Source: Fibrobacteria bacterium (GTDB lineage Bacteria > Fibrobacterota > Fibrobacteria > UBA11236). Taken from it: DNA of 64,000 nucleotides. The stretch spans positions 17,713 through 81,712 of the forward strand of contig JBGTHM010000014.1 of assembly GCA_041746255.1 (NCBI GenBank), given 5' to 3'. The position numbers and the translations under genes are program-made. This document shows, piece after piece, positions 56,480-64,000 of the stretch. The first letter of the stretch is position 1. Each line of letters opens with the position of its first letter. The notes under the pieces are model-generated. The model was not told where the DNA came from and made no database searches. It saw nothing but the letters and a program-made list of their open reading frames with translations.

Positions 56480-58627
56480 TTACCGTTTAAGGGCTACCAG
56501 CTCTTCCAAAAGGCTATCACTTACGGTAATAACCCGCGCATTGGCCTGGTATCCACGTTGGGTGGTTATCATGGCCGTGAATTCCTCCGCCAATTCGATA
56601 TTCGAAAGCTCGAGGGCACCCGGTTTGATGGTACTGGAACTCTGCTGCCCGGCTATGGCCATTACGGCCTCGCCGCTGTTATTGCTGGTGGTGAAAACCG
56701 AATCCTTGACGCGTTGCAAGCCGCCGGGATTGGTGAATTCGGCCACCATGATTTGGGCCAGGTCTTTGGTGGTGCCGTTGGTAAAGGCGCCCGTAATTAC
56801 ACCATCCTCGCCGATGGAGATATTGCGCAGCCTACCCATGGGATAGCCGTTTTGACCCACGGCCGAAGCGGTGGTGGGCGAGCGGAACTGGGTCAGGCCA
56901 TTGAAACTTCCCGGGCCGCCCACATTCAGGTTGATGCGCACGTTGGCGGAACCATTTTTCGGGTCGAAAAGAAAGGCCGAGGCGCCGTCATTGAAAGTGA
57001 AGGATGCAACGGTTCCATCTTGCCCGAAAGTGATTCTTCCGTTTTGTCCCTGGAGTACTTCTTCCTGCCCCGCCAAGCGAACGTCCCACAGCCATTCGTT
57101 GGGCTGTCCGGTATGGGTGAAGCGCATGGTGGCGGTATGCTCCTTGCCGATATTGTCATAGATGGTGATGGAGCTTTCCGAAACCCCGGTGTCCTTCGCT
57201 TGTTGCAGGGTGGTCACGTTCATATTGGAATTGAAGAAAGTGGGCGAGGGGTTGGTGTTGTTGCCATCGGTGCCGAGCACGGATAAATCGCTGATGGCGA
57301 AGGCCGATTCCGGCATACCGCGAACCACTATCGAGCCGTCGGGAATATTGTCGGCGGATGCGCCGATATTCATCGAGACCGAGAGATTGTTTCCCGTAGT
57401 TCCGTCCCGTTCGGGAAGATTGAAATTATCCTTGATGCGATTAAGTACATCCTGGAAGGTGGTGGCTCCCACTCCCGTGGACACATAGGTCAAATCGGCG
57501 ACGTTGTTGGCGGCTTCACCGCCGACCGTTCCCCCGAAGCGGATGGGGTCACCGTCTTCCAATCCCAGGCGGTTGCCGTTTCCGTCGAAGGCTTCTTCAA
57601 GTCGGTCGGTGGCTTCGGAGGGAGAGCGCAAGGTATCGGTGACTATGGCCAAGGGACCGCTTCCGCCCGGTATGGTGCTGGGCACCGAAAAGGCCTTGGT
57701 GACTTTCGGACTGGAAATGGGTCGATTGGAAGTCACTTGGAAATTATTGATATCCGCGGCATTGCCGTGAATGGTGATGGCGCCGCGTTGCGTGCCGCTC
57801 ATTAAGGGAGTGACGGCTTCCACCGTCGTCACGCCTGCGCCGACGGCCGCGCTGCTCAAGAATGCGGTCATGGCCAAAGTCAGGTTGGCCATGGTGGTGG
57901 CCTCGGTGACGATGAGATTCTGGGTGACGGTGACGCCGCCGCCGTTAACCGCGGAAAAGGTGAGGATATCCCCGGCTTGGATTCCCAGCGATTCGCCTTT
58001 GCTGTCGCTCAGGGCGCGAATGGTATCTCCGCCTTCGGCATGGTGGAGGAAGCGCTGCGTATGCAGTACCGAACCTTTGGCGCCGGAATCGGAATCGAGG
58101 TTACGCGCGAAGTCGACGGCGGTGGTAGCCTTGGCCGGCGCCTGGTCGTTAAAAGGAATGACGATGTTCTGAATGGTGGAGGCGGCGGTGAAATTACCGT
58201 TGGCATCCGCCATTTTGCCCTGCAGCACCATGCCGTTGGTGGGAAGCACCATTTTTCCTTCGGAATCGAATTGGAAGGCGCCGTTACGGGTGTAATAGGT
58301 GCCGAGGCCGTCGGATACGGCGAAGAAGGCCGATCCTTCAATGGCCAAATCCGTGATCTGGCCGGTGGATTCCAAATTACCCTGCGACATCTTGCTGTCG
58401 ATGGAACCGATATTCATGCCCAGGCCCACTTGCATGGGATTGGTGCCGCCGCCGTCTCCGGGAGGACGGGTGGAACCGCTGAGCAATTGCGACAGCGATT
58501 CGGCGAAGGTGACGCGCGACGACTTGAAAGCCACCGTGTTCACATTTGCGATATTGTTACCGATTACGTCCATGCGCGTCTGGTGGTTGCGCAGGCCGGA
58601 TATGGATGAATATAGGGATCTCAACAT
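56480..58627 (-). CDS. flgE: flagellar hook protein FlgE (long form, 715 aa)
   Basis: N-terminal MLRSLYSSISGLRNHQTRMDVIGNNIANVNTVAFK and C-terminal TAMITTQRGYQANARVITVSDSLLEELVALKR D0/D1 segments. The large central insertion is Thr/Gly/Asn-rich. Confidence 0.9.
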   Translation of the reverse strand: MLRSLYSSISGLRNHQTRMDVIGNNIANVNTVAFKSSRVTFAESLSQLLSGSTRPPGDGGGTNPMQVGLGMNIGSIDSKMSQGNLESTGQITDLAIEGSAFFAVSDGLGTYYTRNGAFQFDSEGKMVLPTNGMVLQGKMADANGNFTAASTIQNIVIPFNDQAPAKATTAVDFARNLDSDSGAKGSVLHTQRFLHHAEGGDTIRALSDSKGESLGIQAGDILTFSAVNGGGVTVTQNLIVTEATTMANLTLAMTAFLSSAAVGAGVTTVEAVTPLMSGTQRGAITIHGNAADINNFQVTSNRPISSPKVTKAFSVPSTIPGGSGPLAIVTDTLRSPSEATDRLEEAFDGNGNRLGLEDGDPIRFGGTVGGEAANNVADLTYVSTGVGATTFQDVLNRIKDNFNLPERDGTTGNNLSVSMNIGASADNIPDGSIVVRGMPESAFAISDLSVLGTDGNNTNPSPTFFNSNMNVTTLQQAKDTGVSESSITIYDNIGKEHTATMRFTHTGQPNEWLWDVRLAGQEEVLQGQNGRITFGQDGTVASFTFNDGASAFLFDPKNGSANVRINLNVGGPGSFNGLTQFRSPTTASAVGQNGYPMGRLRNISIGEDGVITGAFTNGTTKDLAQIMVAEFTNPGGLQRVKDSVFTTSNNSGEAVMAIAGQQSSSTIKPGALELSNIELAEEFTAMITTQRGYQANARVITVSDSLLEELVALKR

Positions 58628-58654
58628 GATTCGCCTCCTTGACGATGGTTATGA

Positions 58655-59443
58655 CTATTTTGCGGCGGTGATTCCCACCCGTACGACATCCGAAAGGGCG
58701 ATAGGTTGCCCGTTTACCGTTATGCTTATCTTGTCCTGGTGATACTCCACGGCTTCGGCCGTGCCTTCCATATAGGGATAGCCCGCATCCTGCATGCCAT
58801 CGGGAGAAGTGACGCGCACGGTGTAGGTTCCCGGAGGCGCGGGAGTGCCGTCCATTTGCACGCCGTTCCATTTGACTTGGGCTTCGCCGGGATTGTCCAC
58901 GGCCAAGGCCGCGACGGCTTTGTTATCGGAATTGACGAAGCTGACTATGGCGCCCGGTCGGTCGGAGTGGATATTGACTGCGATAGGTTCGGAACGATTC
59001 AAGGTCACATTAATGGTGTCGATATTGGCGCGCACTTGCTTGCCGATAAGCGAGGTGGCGGAGGCGTTGGAAAGGGTGGCCGCGGATTCGCTTTGGTTTC
59101 TCACCATGGATTCGAGATTGGCGGCGAGTTTTTCGATGGAGGAATTGATATTCTGCGTGCCTTCCAAGCTGGAAAACTGGGCCAATTGCGCGACGAACTC
59201 GGTATTTTCGGAAGGGTTGAGCGGATCTTGAAAACGCATCTGGGTGACCAGCAGATTCAGGAAATCTTGTTTCCCCAGGGATTTCGAGGCTTCGCGGAAT
59301 AATTTATCATCGCCTTTTTCCACGGTTTGCGAGGTCATGCCTCCCGCTCCGAAGTCGGCGCTGATTTTTCTCTCCTTCGCCTTGTTCTGATTGTTCAGCA
59401 TATCCAAGACGTTAAAGGTCGGATTTTCGGTTATCGGGTCCAT
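58655..59443 (-). CDS. flgD: flagellar hook assembly/capping protein FlgD
   Basis: LGKQDFLNLLVTQMRFQDPLNPSENTEFVAQLAQFSSLEG is the FlgD N-domain, followed by a C-terminal Ig-like domain. 262 aa. Confidence 0.88.
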   Translation of the reverse strand: MDPITENPTFNVLDMLNNQNKAKERKISADFGAGGMTSQTVEKGDDKLFREASKSLGKQDFLNLLVTQMRFQDPLNPSENTEFVAQLAQFSSLEGTQNINSSIEKLAANLESMVRNQSESAATLSNASATSLIGKQVRANIDTINVTLNRSEPIAVNIHSDRPGAIVSFVNSDNKAVAALAVDNPGEAQVKWNGVQMDGTPAPPGTYTVRVTSPDGMQDAGYPYMEGTAEAVEYHQDKISITVNGQPIALSDVVRVGITAAK

Positions 59444-59474
59444 AATGTTTTTCCTCGCTGGTGTTCCCTAAGCT

Positions 59475-61445
59475 TTAAGCCACAATCTCCAGGGTATTGT
59501 ATCCCCAGCGTTGCCCGGTATCTTCACCGGGTCGGCTCCTCGTTTCGGAACCCTCTTTTTCGGAATTTTTATCACGCTCGCGTTGCTGTTGCCGGGTAAA
59601 AAAGGATTGCGCGTTCTGTCCTTCGGGATTGAACAGGTTGCGATGGGGATTCTGGACGCTGATATCCATTTGTGTCACCCGCACCCCCTGCAATTCCAGA
59701 GTTTCGCGCAATTGCGCGAGGTTGCTTTCGAGCATTTGTTTGACTTGCTCGTTTTCCACCATAATGCTGGCTTTCATAATACCGTGGGCCAGATCCAAGT
59801 TGATAGCCACGCGACCCAGGTGTTCGGGCCGTAGCTGGATACTGATGGACTCCTTACCCTGCAGAGTCAAGGCTTGCAGCTTGCCGGTTATTTGCTGCAA
59901 GACTTCTTTATAGGGGACGGAAGTGAACAGATTGGCCGGAGGCAAAGGCGTAACGCCGGGTCTTTCGAGAGACGACGCAGTATTCAGTCCCTGGCTCAAA
60001 TTGATATCCGCATTTTTGGCGGTAGCTTCGTTGAAAGTCGGTTGGCGGTATCCTTCGCGATTGCCTTCGCGGTTACCGGCGTTTCCATCGAAACCACCCA
60101 ACATGCGCCGGGCGAGTTCCGCTTCGGTACGCAGAGCCGATTCCGAGGGCAAGCCTTCGGTGGGCCGCTGTACCCGTTCTTCCGCGCGCACGATAGGTTC
60201 GGCGGCTACCGCTCCGGTTTGCGCCGTGGCCTGAACGATGGTTTGCACGGCAGCTTGTGGGACGGTTTGTTGCGTGGCTGGTTCGGAAACATTTTTCACT
60301 ACAGTAACAGAAATGTTTCCTTCGGAAATTCCGTCGGCGACAGTGGCAGCCATGGCAGCGTTGGAAACCGCCGGAGTAGACGGAAACGTACCCGCCTGCA
60401 TACCGGAGATAACCTCCGCTTTCACCCCATGGCCGATTCCCGTATTGACTTCGGGATTCGCCACGGGCGCATCCGTCTTAACTACGGGTTGGGTGGGTTG
60501 CGTAGCCTTCCCCATTTTTTCCAATAGCGCTTGAATCTTTCCTAATAAAGCCGCTTCCACCTCTTTGTCGAGGGGCTTGGCCGCCGGGGCCGTTTCACCT
60601 GCTGCTACGGGAGTCTTTTGTGCGACTTCGCTGTCGGTAACCGCCGTAGGCAGGGTGGGGGAGGCTTCCTTCCCCGTCTGGATAACCGGGATTTGTCCAC
60701 TTGGTTTTTTATCCGCTTCGCCGGGATTTTGAGAGACGGATACCATAGGCGGCATTTCGCTGCGCAATTCAGCGACTATCACACGCAAACGATCCAAGCC
60801 ACCGGGCTGGGACAACATGGCTTCCAGGTTTCGCAAAAACCCGGGACTTCTGATTTCTTCCTGGGTGAAGTCGAGACCGAGCTGACGCAAAAGGTTTTCG
60901 ATTTCCTGATAAGCCGAGGGCGCCGCATATTCTGCTTGCGCCGCATCTTGATCGATGTCGGGATTTTCGCCGGCCTCGTCATTCCCGTTTTTGTCAAGCT
61001 TCTCACTGTGTTCGCTACGCCCGGCAAGCTCCTTTTCGGAAACCATCCGCTTTTCGCTGTCGCCCTCTACAGATACTTTGCGAGCATGGTTGGGTTCGTT
61101 ACGGGTTTCCGAAGTTTCGTGCGAGGATACCTTCGATTTTTTCGCTTGAATGGAATCGGCATCCGATTTCTGGGTCCTTTTACTCTCCAGAGCCACATTT
61201 TCACTTCGTCTCTGCGCAGTGGAGTTACGGGCGTCCGGGGTTTCGTGTCCCACTTTATCCGCCGGTTTATCCGCAAGTTTCTGCGCCTGTTTGGCCGAGT
61301 TCTGATTTCTTCCCAGGCTGGCCTGCAAGCTACGGAAAAACCCTTCGGGCCCGGACCGCCGCGTATCGGGCGGGGTCGGTTTTGCCCCGGGCGCAGACGC
61401 TTTGGAAGCTCCGACTAAATTCAAGATTTCGCTGGCATTACCCAT
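59475..61445 (-). CDS. fliK: flagellar hook-length control protein FliK (long, low-complexity N-terminal region)
   Basis: C-terminal Flg_hook domain (ISIQLRPEHLGRVAINLDLAHGIMKASIMVENEQVKQMLESNLAQLRETLELQGV). The N-terminal roughly 450 aa is Ala/Thr/Pro/Glu-rich and disordered. 656 aa. Confidence 0.8.
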   Translation of the reverse strand: MGNASEILNLVGASKASAPGAKPTPPDTRRSGPEGFFRSLQASLGRNQNSAKQAQKLADKPADKVGHETPDARNSTAQRRSENVALESKRTQKSDADSIQAKKSKVSSHETSETRNEPNHARKVSVEGDSEKRMVSEKELAGRSEHSEKLDKNGNDEAGENPDIDQDAAQAEYAAPSAYQEIENLLRQLGLDFTQEEIRSPGFLRNLEAMLSQPGGLDRLRVIVAELRSEMPPMVSVSQNPGEADKKPSGQIPVIQTGKEASPTLPTAVTDSEVAQKTPVAAGETAPAAKPLDKEVEAALLGKIQALLEKMGKATQPTQPVVKTDAPVANPEVNTGIGHGVKAEVISGMQAGTFPSTPAVSNAAMAATVADGISEGNISVTVVKNVSEPATQQTVPQAAVQTIVQATAQTGAVAAEPIVRAEERVQRPTEGLPSESALRTEAELARRMLGGFDGNAGNREGNREGYRQPTFNEATAKNADINLSQGLNTASSLERPGVTPLPPANLFTSVPYKEVLQQITGKLQALTLQGKESISIQLRPEHLGRVAINLDLAHGIMKASIMVENEQVKQMLESNLAQLRETLELQGVRVTQMDISVQNPHRNLFNPEGQNAQSFFTRQQQRERDKNSEKEGSETRSRPGEDTGQRWGYNTLEIVA

Positions 61446-61457
61446 AATATTTCCTGA

Positions 61458-62075
61458 CTAGGCTCCCGGATTTTTCGCGGCGGCCTTAGCCGGTTTCGGC
61501 TCTAAAGGTTTTTTGCCCATCTTTTCGGTGATACGGGCGGTGCGTTTGACGTCCATGGCGGCCATGGCGGCCATGATTTTGGAAGTGGCGCGGGCCTCGG
61601 GTATTTTCTGCAATATTTTCACGATCATGCGGTCATCCAGGCTGAGCAATATGGGCGCGGCTTCTTCCGGCCGCATGGCTCCGTATACTTCGGCCAGGGA
61701 GGCGATTTTCTTGTCTTGCAAAACTTCGCTGCCTTGCACCAATTCTTCGATGCGCTTGCGGTTGACCATGATTTCTTCTTTGGCCTTGATGGTTTCCAGC
61801 TTCAGATTTTCGAGGCGCTCGATTTCGCGGTTGACTTCGCTTTCCTTGGCGGCCAATTCTTTTTCTTTAAGCTGCAAGGCCATAAAGGTTTTGGTTTGCT
61901 CGGCTTCGGTGGCCTTATATTCTTCATGCGTACGCAAGTAAGCGGCCTGGGGGTCGTCTTTACCGTCACCGTATTCCAAATGCACCACTCCCATGGCAAG
62001 CATGATTCCCACCAGAACCACGGGGAAGAGGAACATGGTGACGATGGAGAGGCCGATTAAATCTTTAAATTGCAT
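61458..62075 (-). CDS. YlxF/FlbB-like flagellar protein (MotE / MgtE-N-like family)
   Basis: 205 aa with an N-terminal TM, a coiled coil, and LAEVYGAMRPEEAAPILLSLDDRMIVKILQKIP resembling the MgtE_N/YlxF family. Directly upstream of fliK, as in the Bacillus fla/che and Borrelia flgB operons. Confidence 0.6.
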   Translation of the reverse strand: MQFKDLIGLSIVTMFLFPVVLVGIMLAMGVVHLEYGDGKDDPQAAYLRTHEEYKATEAEQTKTFMALQLKEKELAAKESEVNREIERLENLKLETIKAKEEIMVNRKRIEELVQGSEVLQDKKIASLAEVYGAMRPEEAAPILLSLDDRMIVKILQKIPEARATSKIMAAMAAMDVKRTARITEKMGKKPLEPKPAKAAAKNPGA

Positions 62076-62113
62076 ATATCCACTGTCGGTTTATAACCCA
62101 ACTCGATAGCTAA

Positions 62114-62130
62114 CGCAAGTGACGTGCCAA
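62114..62130 (-). promoter_or_regulatory. sigma-54 (RpoN) -24/-12 promoter upstream of the ylxF-like/fliK/flgD/flgE operon
   Basis: The minus strand reads TTGGCACGTCACTTGCG, i.e. TGGCAC-N5-TTGC, a perfect match to the core consensus. About 40 nt upstream of the ATG at 62075. Confidence 0.6.
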
Positions 62131-62279
62131 GTGACAAACACCCGAAAAACGCCCAACCCGCAGCAATTAAGCCGGGTAGAAGGCAATTTATGCTGGAAGC
62201 GCAGGGGACCCGGGCAAATTGTGCCCAGAAAACCCGGCGGGTACGCCGCCGGGCGAGGGGTTACGGAGGAGGTACTTAA

Positions 62280-63437
62280 TCAGGCGCGGGGCTTATGCTG
62301 ATACAGCATGATTCCCGAGAGGATTTTGGGAGCAAAGAAGGTGGATTTCTCCGGCATCACGATTTCCGGATTCCCCAATCCCGCATCCGCCACGGCCATC
62401 AATTCCTCCAAGGAGACGGGATGCAAAGCCACGGCGATTTCGTATTCGCCCTGGTCGACTTTGCTTTTCATGGCCGCCAAATCGGATTCGGGGTAATAGT
62501 CGAAGTGGTTTTTGAGGGCAATCAAGCTGTGATCGAGGTCCAGCAAGGGATAAAACTCCCTTTCCAGTATACTGCAATCGAGCCGCCCCACTACGTCGGT
62601 GGGAACCTGCTTGGCCTTCAATAAAAAGGCGCCTTCGCGGGTATACAGGCAAAACTCATGTTTAGCCGGAGTATGGAATTCGGCGACCGGCTCGAGGGCA
62701 AGGTGCTCACGAGCGACGGCGAAGGATTTCCGTCCCTTAATAACCCGATTATAAGCGAGAATAGCCGCTTTTTCGACAATATAGGCCATGGCATGGCTTT
62801 GCCCGTTCAGCAAGGCGGCATGGTAGCGGTGATGCCCGTCGGCTATATAAAGAGGCTCGGGCCGAATGGCCGAGGCCAGCTCGTGGCCGGTAGGGGAGTC
62901 TTGAGGAATGCGGAATATGCGGTTGTGAATGCCGTGCAAATCGTTGTATCCGCCGAAGTCGCTGGTGAAGGCGTATTCGGGCGACACGGTGCGGGTCACT
63001 TCTTCCAAGACGCTCTGTATGGAAGCGCGAGTGAGCAGGAATATGGGCTCGAGGGTGAGCCCCGTCTTACGGGTAACTTCGATGCGACCCTTCACTTTTT
63101 CGTCGAAGGTTTTTTCGTGCCGGATGATGTTCTTTTCGGCATAGGGGGTAACTTCCACCGCCGCCATGAAGCCGAGGCGGGTCTGTCCCGAAAAAGTCTG
63201 CTCATACACGTAAAAACAGGGCTCGGAATCGTCGCGCAACAGCCCTTCTTCGCGAAACCGGTTGAGGGTTTGCACGGGGTCGTCGCCCAGGGTGACATGG
63301 TAAAAGGAATGCGGGTTGCTCCGCAGCCGCGCTTCGAGGGGCGAGCCTTCCTTAATCACGTCGTAAGGGGGGGCGCTCAGGGTGGCGATATTTTCCGGAC
63401 GGGGTCTGAGCCCCGCCAATCCCGCTATTTCAGCCAT
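62280..63437 (-). CDS. DUF1015-family protein
   Basis: 385 aa. The N-terminus MAEIAGLAGLRPRPENIATLSAPPYDVI and overall length fit the DUF1015 family. Identified from memory of the family, not verified. Confidence 0.5.
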   Translation of the reverse strand: MAEIAGLAGLRPRPENIATLSAPPYDVIKEGSPLEARLRSNPHSFYHVTLGDDPVQTLNRFREEGLLRDDSEPCFYVYEQTFSGQTRLGFMAAVEVTPYAEKNIIRHEKTFDEKVKGRIEVTRKTGLTLEPIFLLTRASIQSVLEEVTRTVSPEYAFTSDFGGYNDLHGIHNRIFRIPQDSPTGHELASAIRPEPLYIADGHHRYHAALLNGQSHAMAYIVEKAAILAYNRVIKGRKSFAVAREHLALEPVAEFHTPAKHEFCLYTREGAFLLKAKQVPTDVVGRLDCSILEREFYPLLDLDHSLIALKNHFDYYPESDLAAMKSKVDQGEYEIAVALHPVSLEELMAVADAGLGNPEIVMPEKSTFFAPKILSGIMLYQHKPRA

Positions 63438-63562
63438 TATTTCTCCTTGCGAAGGGTGGATGCGTTAAAATCCCCCTTCCTTTTTGCTTGCACATTGCCA
63501 TCAAGCGGATAAAAATAAAACTTATTGAAGATGAACCAAGGAAAGGTCGGGTTTATGCTCTC

Positions 63563-63874
63563 ATGAGCAGTTGGATTTGGTTGGGCTCGATGCTGGCGGG
63601 GGCGGCCTATCTGGCCGGCGTGCATGCCTGGGTATACCGAGACCGTATCGTGCCCGGGATTATGGCCGTTTGCCTGATTTTCCCCATGTTTATCCACCTG
63701 ACGGGCTCGCTGAACGCCTCCATTCTGCGGATTTTGCCGTTGATAGGGGTAGGGATGTTCCTGCACCGTTACGGCTTCGCGGTGCTCCACCAAATCAAGC
63801 TGCTGTGGTTCACGACGCTGAATCTGGCCACGGTGGTGACGTATTATTATGTGCTGGCAATGGTCTGGTCCTGA
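63563..63874 (+). CDS. hypothetical small membrane protein (low confidence)
   Basis: About 103 aa with three predicted TM helices. Start chosen at the ATG at 63563. Confidence 0.3.
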   Translation: MSSWIWLGSMLAGAAYLAGVHAWVYRDRIVPGIMAVCLIFPMFIHLTGSLNASILRILPLIGVGMFLHRYGFAVLHQIKLLWFTTLNLATVVTYYYVLAMVWS

Positions 63875-63957
63875 CGACGCCGGGGGTGACCGGTAAAGTC
63901 GGTGGCTAAGGCTTGGAAACGTTTAAAAAGAGGGTATTTTTACCTGTCCCAACTTTC

Positions 63958-64000
63958 GCCACTTTAGCTCAGTTGGTAGAGCGGCTCATTCGTAATGAGT
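63958..64000 (+). tRNA. tRNA-Thr (anticodon CGT), 5' portion only; truncated by the window end
   Basis: GCCACTT-TA-GCTCAGTTGGTAGAGC-G-GCTCA-TTCGTAA-TGAGT. D-arm TAGCTCAGTTGGTAGAGC matches bacterial tRNA-Thr. Anticodon loop TTCGTAA gives CGT. Confidence 0.7.

Overview
This 64 kb window has about 60% GC and looks like a chromosomal region of a flagellated, probably diderm and likely uncultured bacterium. I found no CRISPR array, mobile element or prophage. It carries roughly 58 protein-coding genes and two tRNAs (tRNA-Arg ACG; a partial tRNA-Thr CGT at the 3' edge). The first half is mostly housekeeping: surE (partial), hisS-queF-serC, panC, an HPPK-deoxynucleoside kinase fusion, rho-proC, thrC, two tandem class A PBP genes, proS, purE-purK and egtB-egtD (ergothioneine). 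Mixed in are hypothetical envelope proteins: a four-gene minus-strand unit ending in a GH57 glycoside hydrolase, an overlapping pair of unknown proteins, and a PopA-like response regulator with a degenerate GGDEF domain. The second half holds a signalling module (SBP-fused hybrid histidine kinase, WG-repeat protein, receiver, GAF and HDOD proteins) upstream of fliA. After fliA comes one long minus-strand flagellar operon: ylxF-like, fliK, flgD, flgE, flbD, fliL, fliM, fliY, fliO, fliP, fliQ, fliR, flhB, flhA, flhF. That operon is preceded by a near-consensus sigma-54 promoter. It lacks the usual motAB and flhG genes. A near-consensus sigma-28 promoter sits antisense in the flhB-flhA spacer. 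Other signals worth a second look are a terminator/antiterminator-like leader upstream of hisS, an eRF1/Pelota-like (baeRF-type) protein, a zinc-ribbon/helical/lipoprotein trio, and a perfect palindromic operator candidate. I did not find a classical defense or toxin system. The strongest candidates for an undescribed system are the GH57-associated envelope operon, the unknown-pair plus PopA-like unit, and the eRF1-like protein region. All calls are from reading the sequence by eye; no searches were run.
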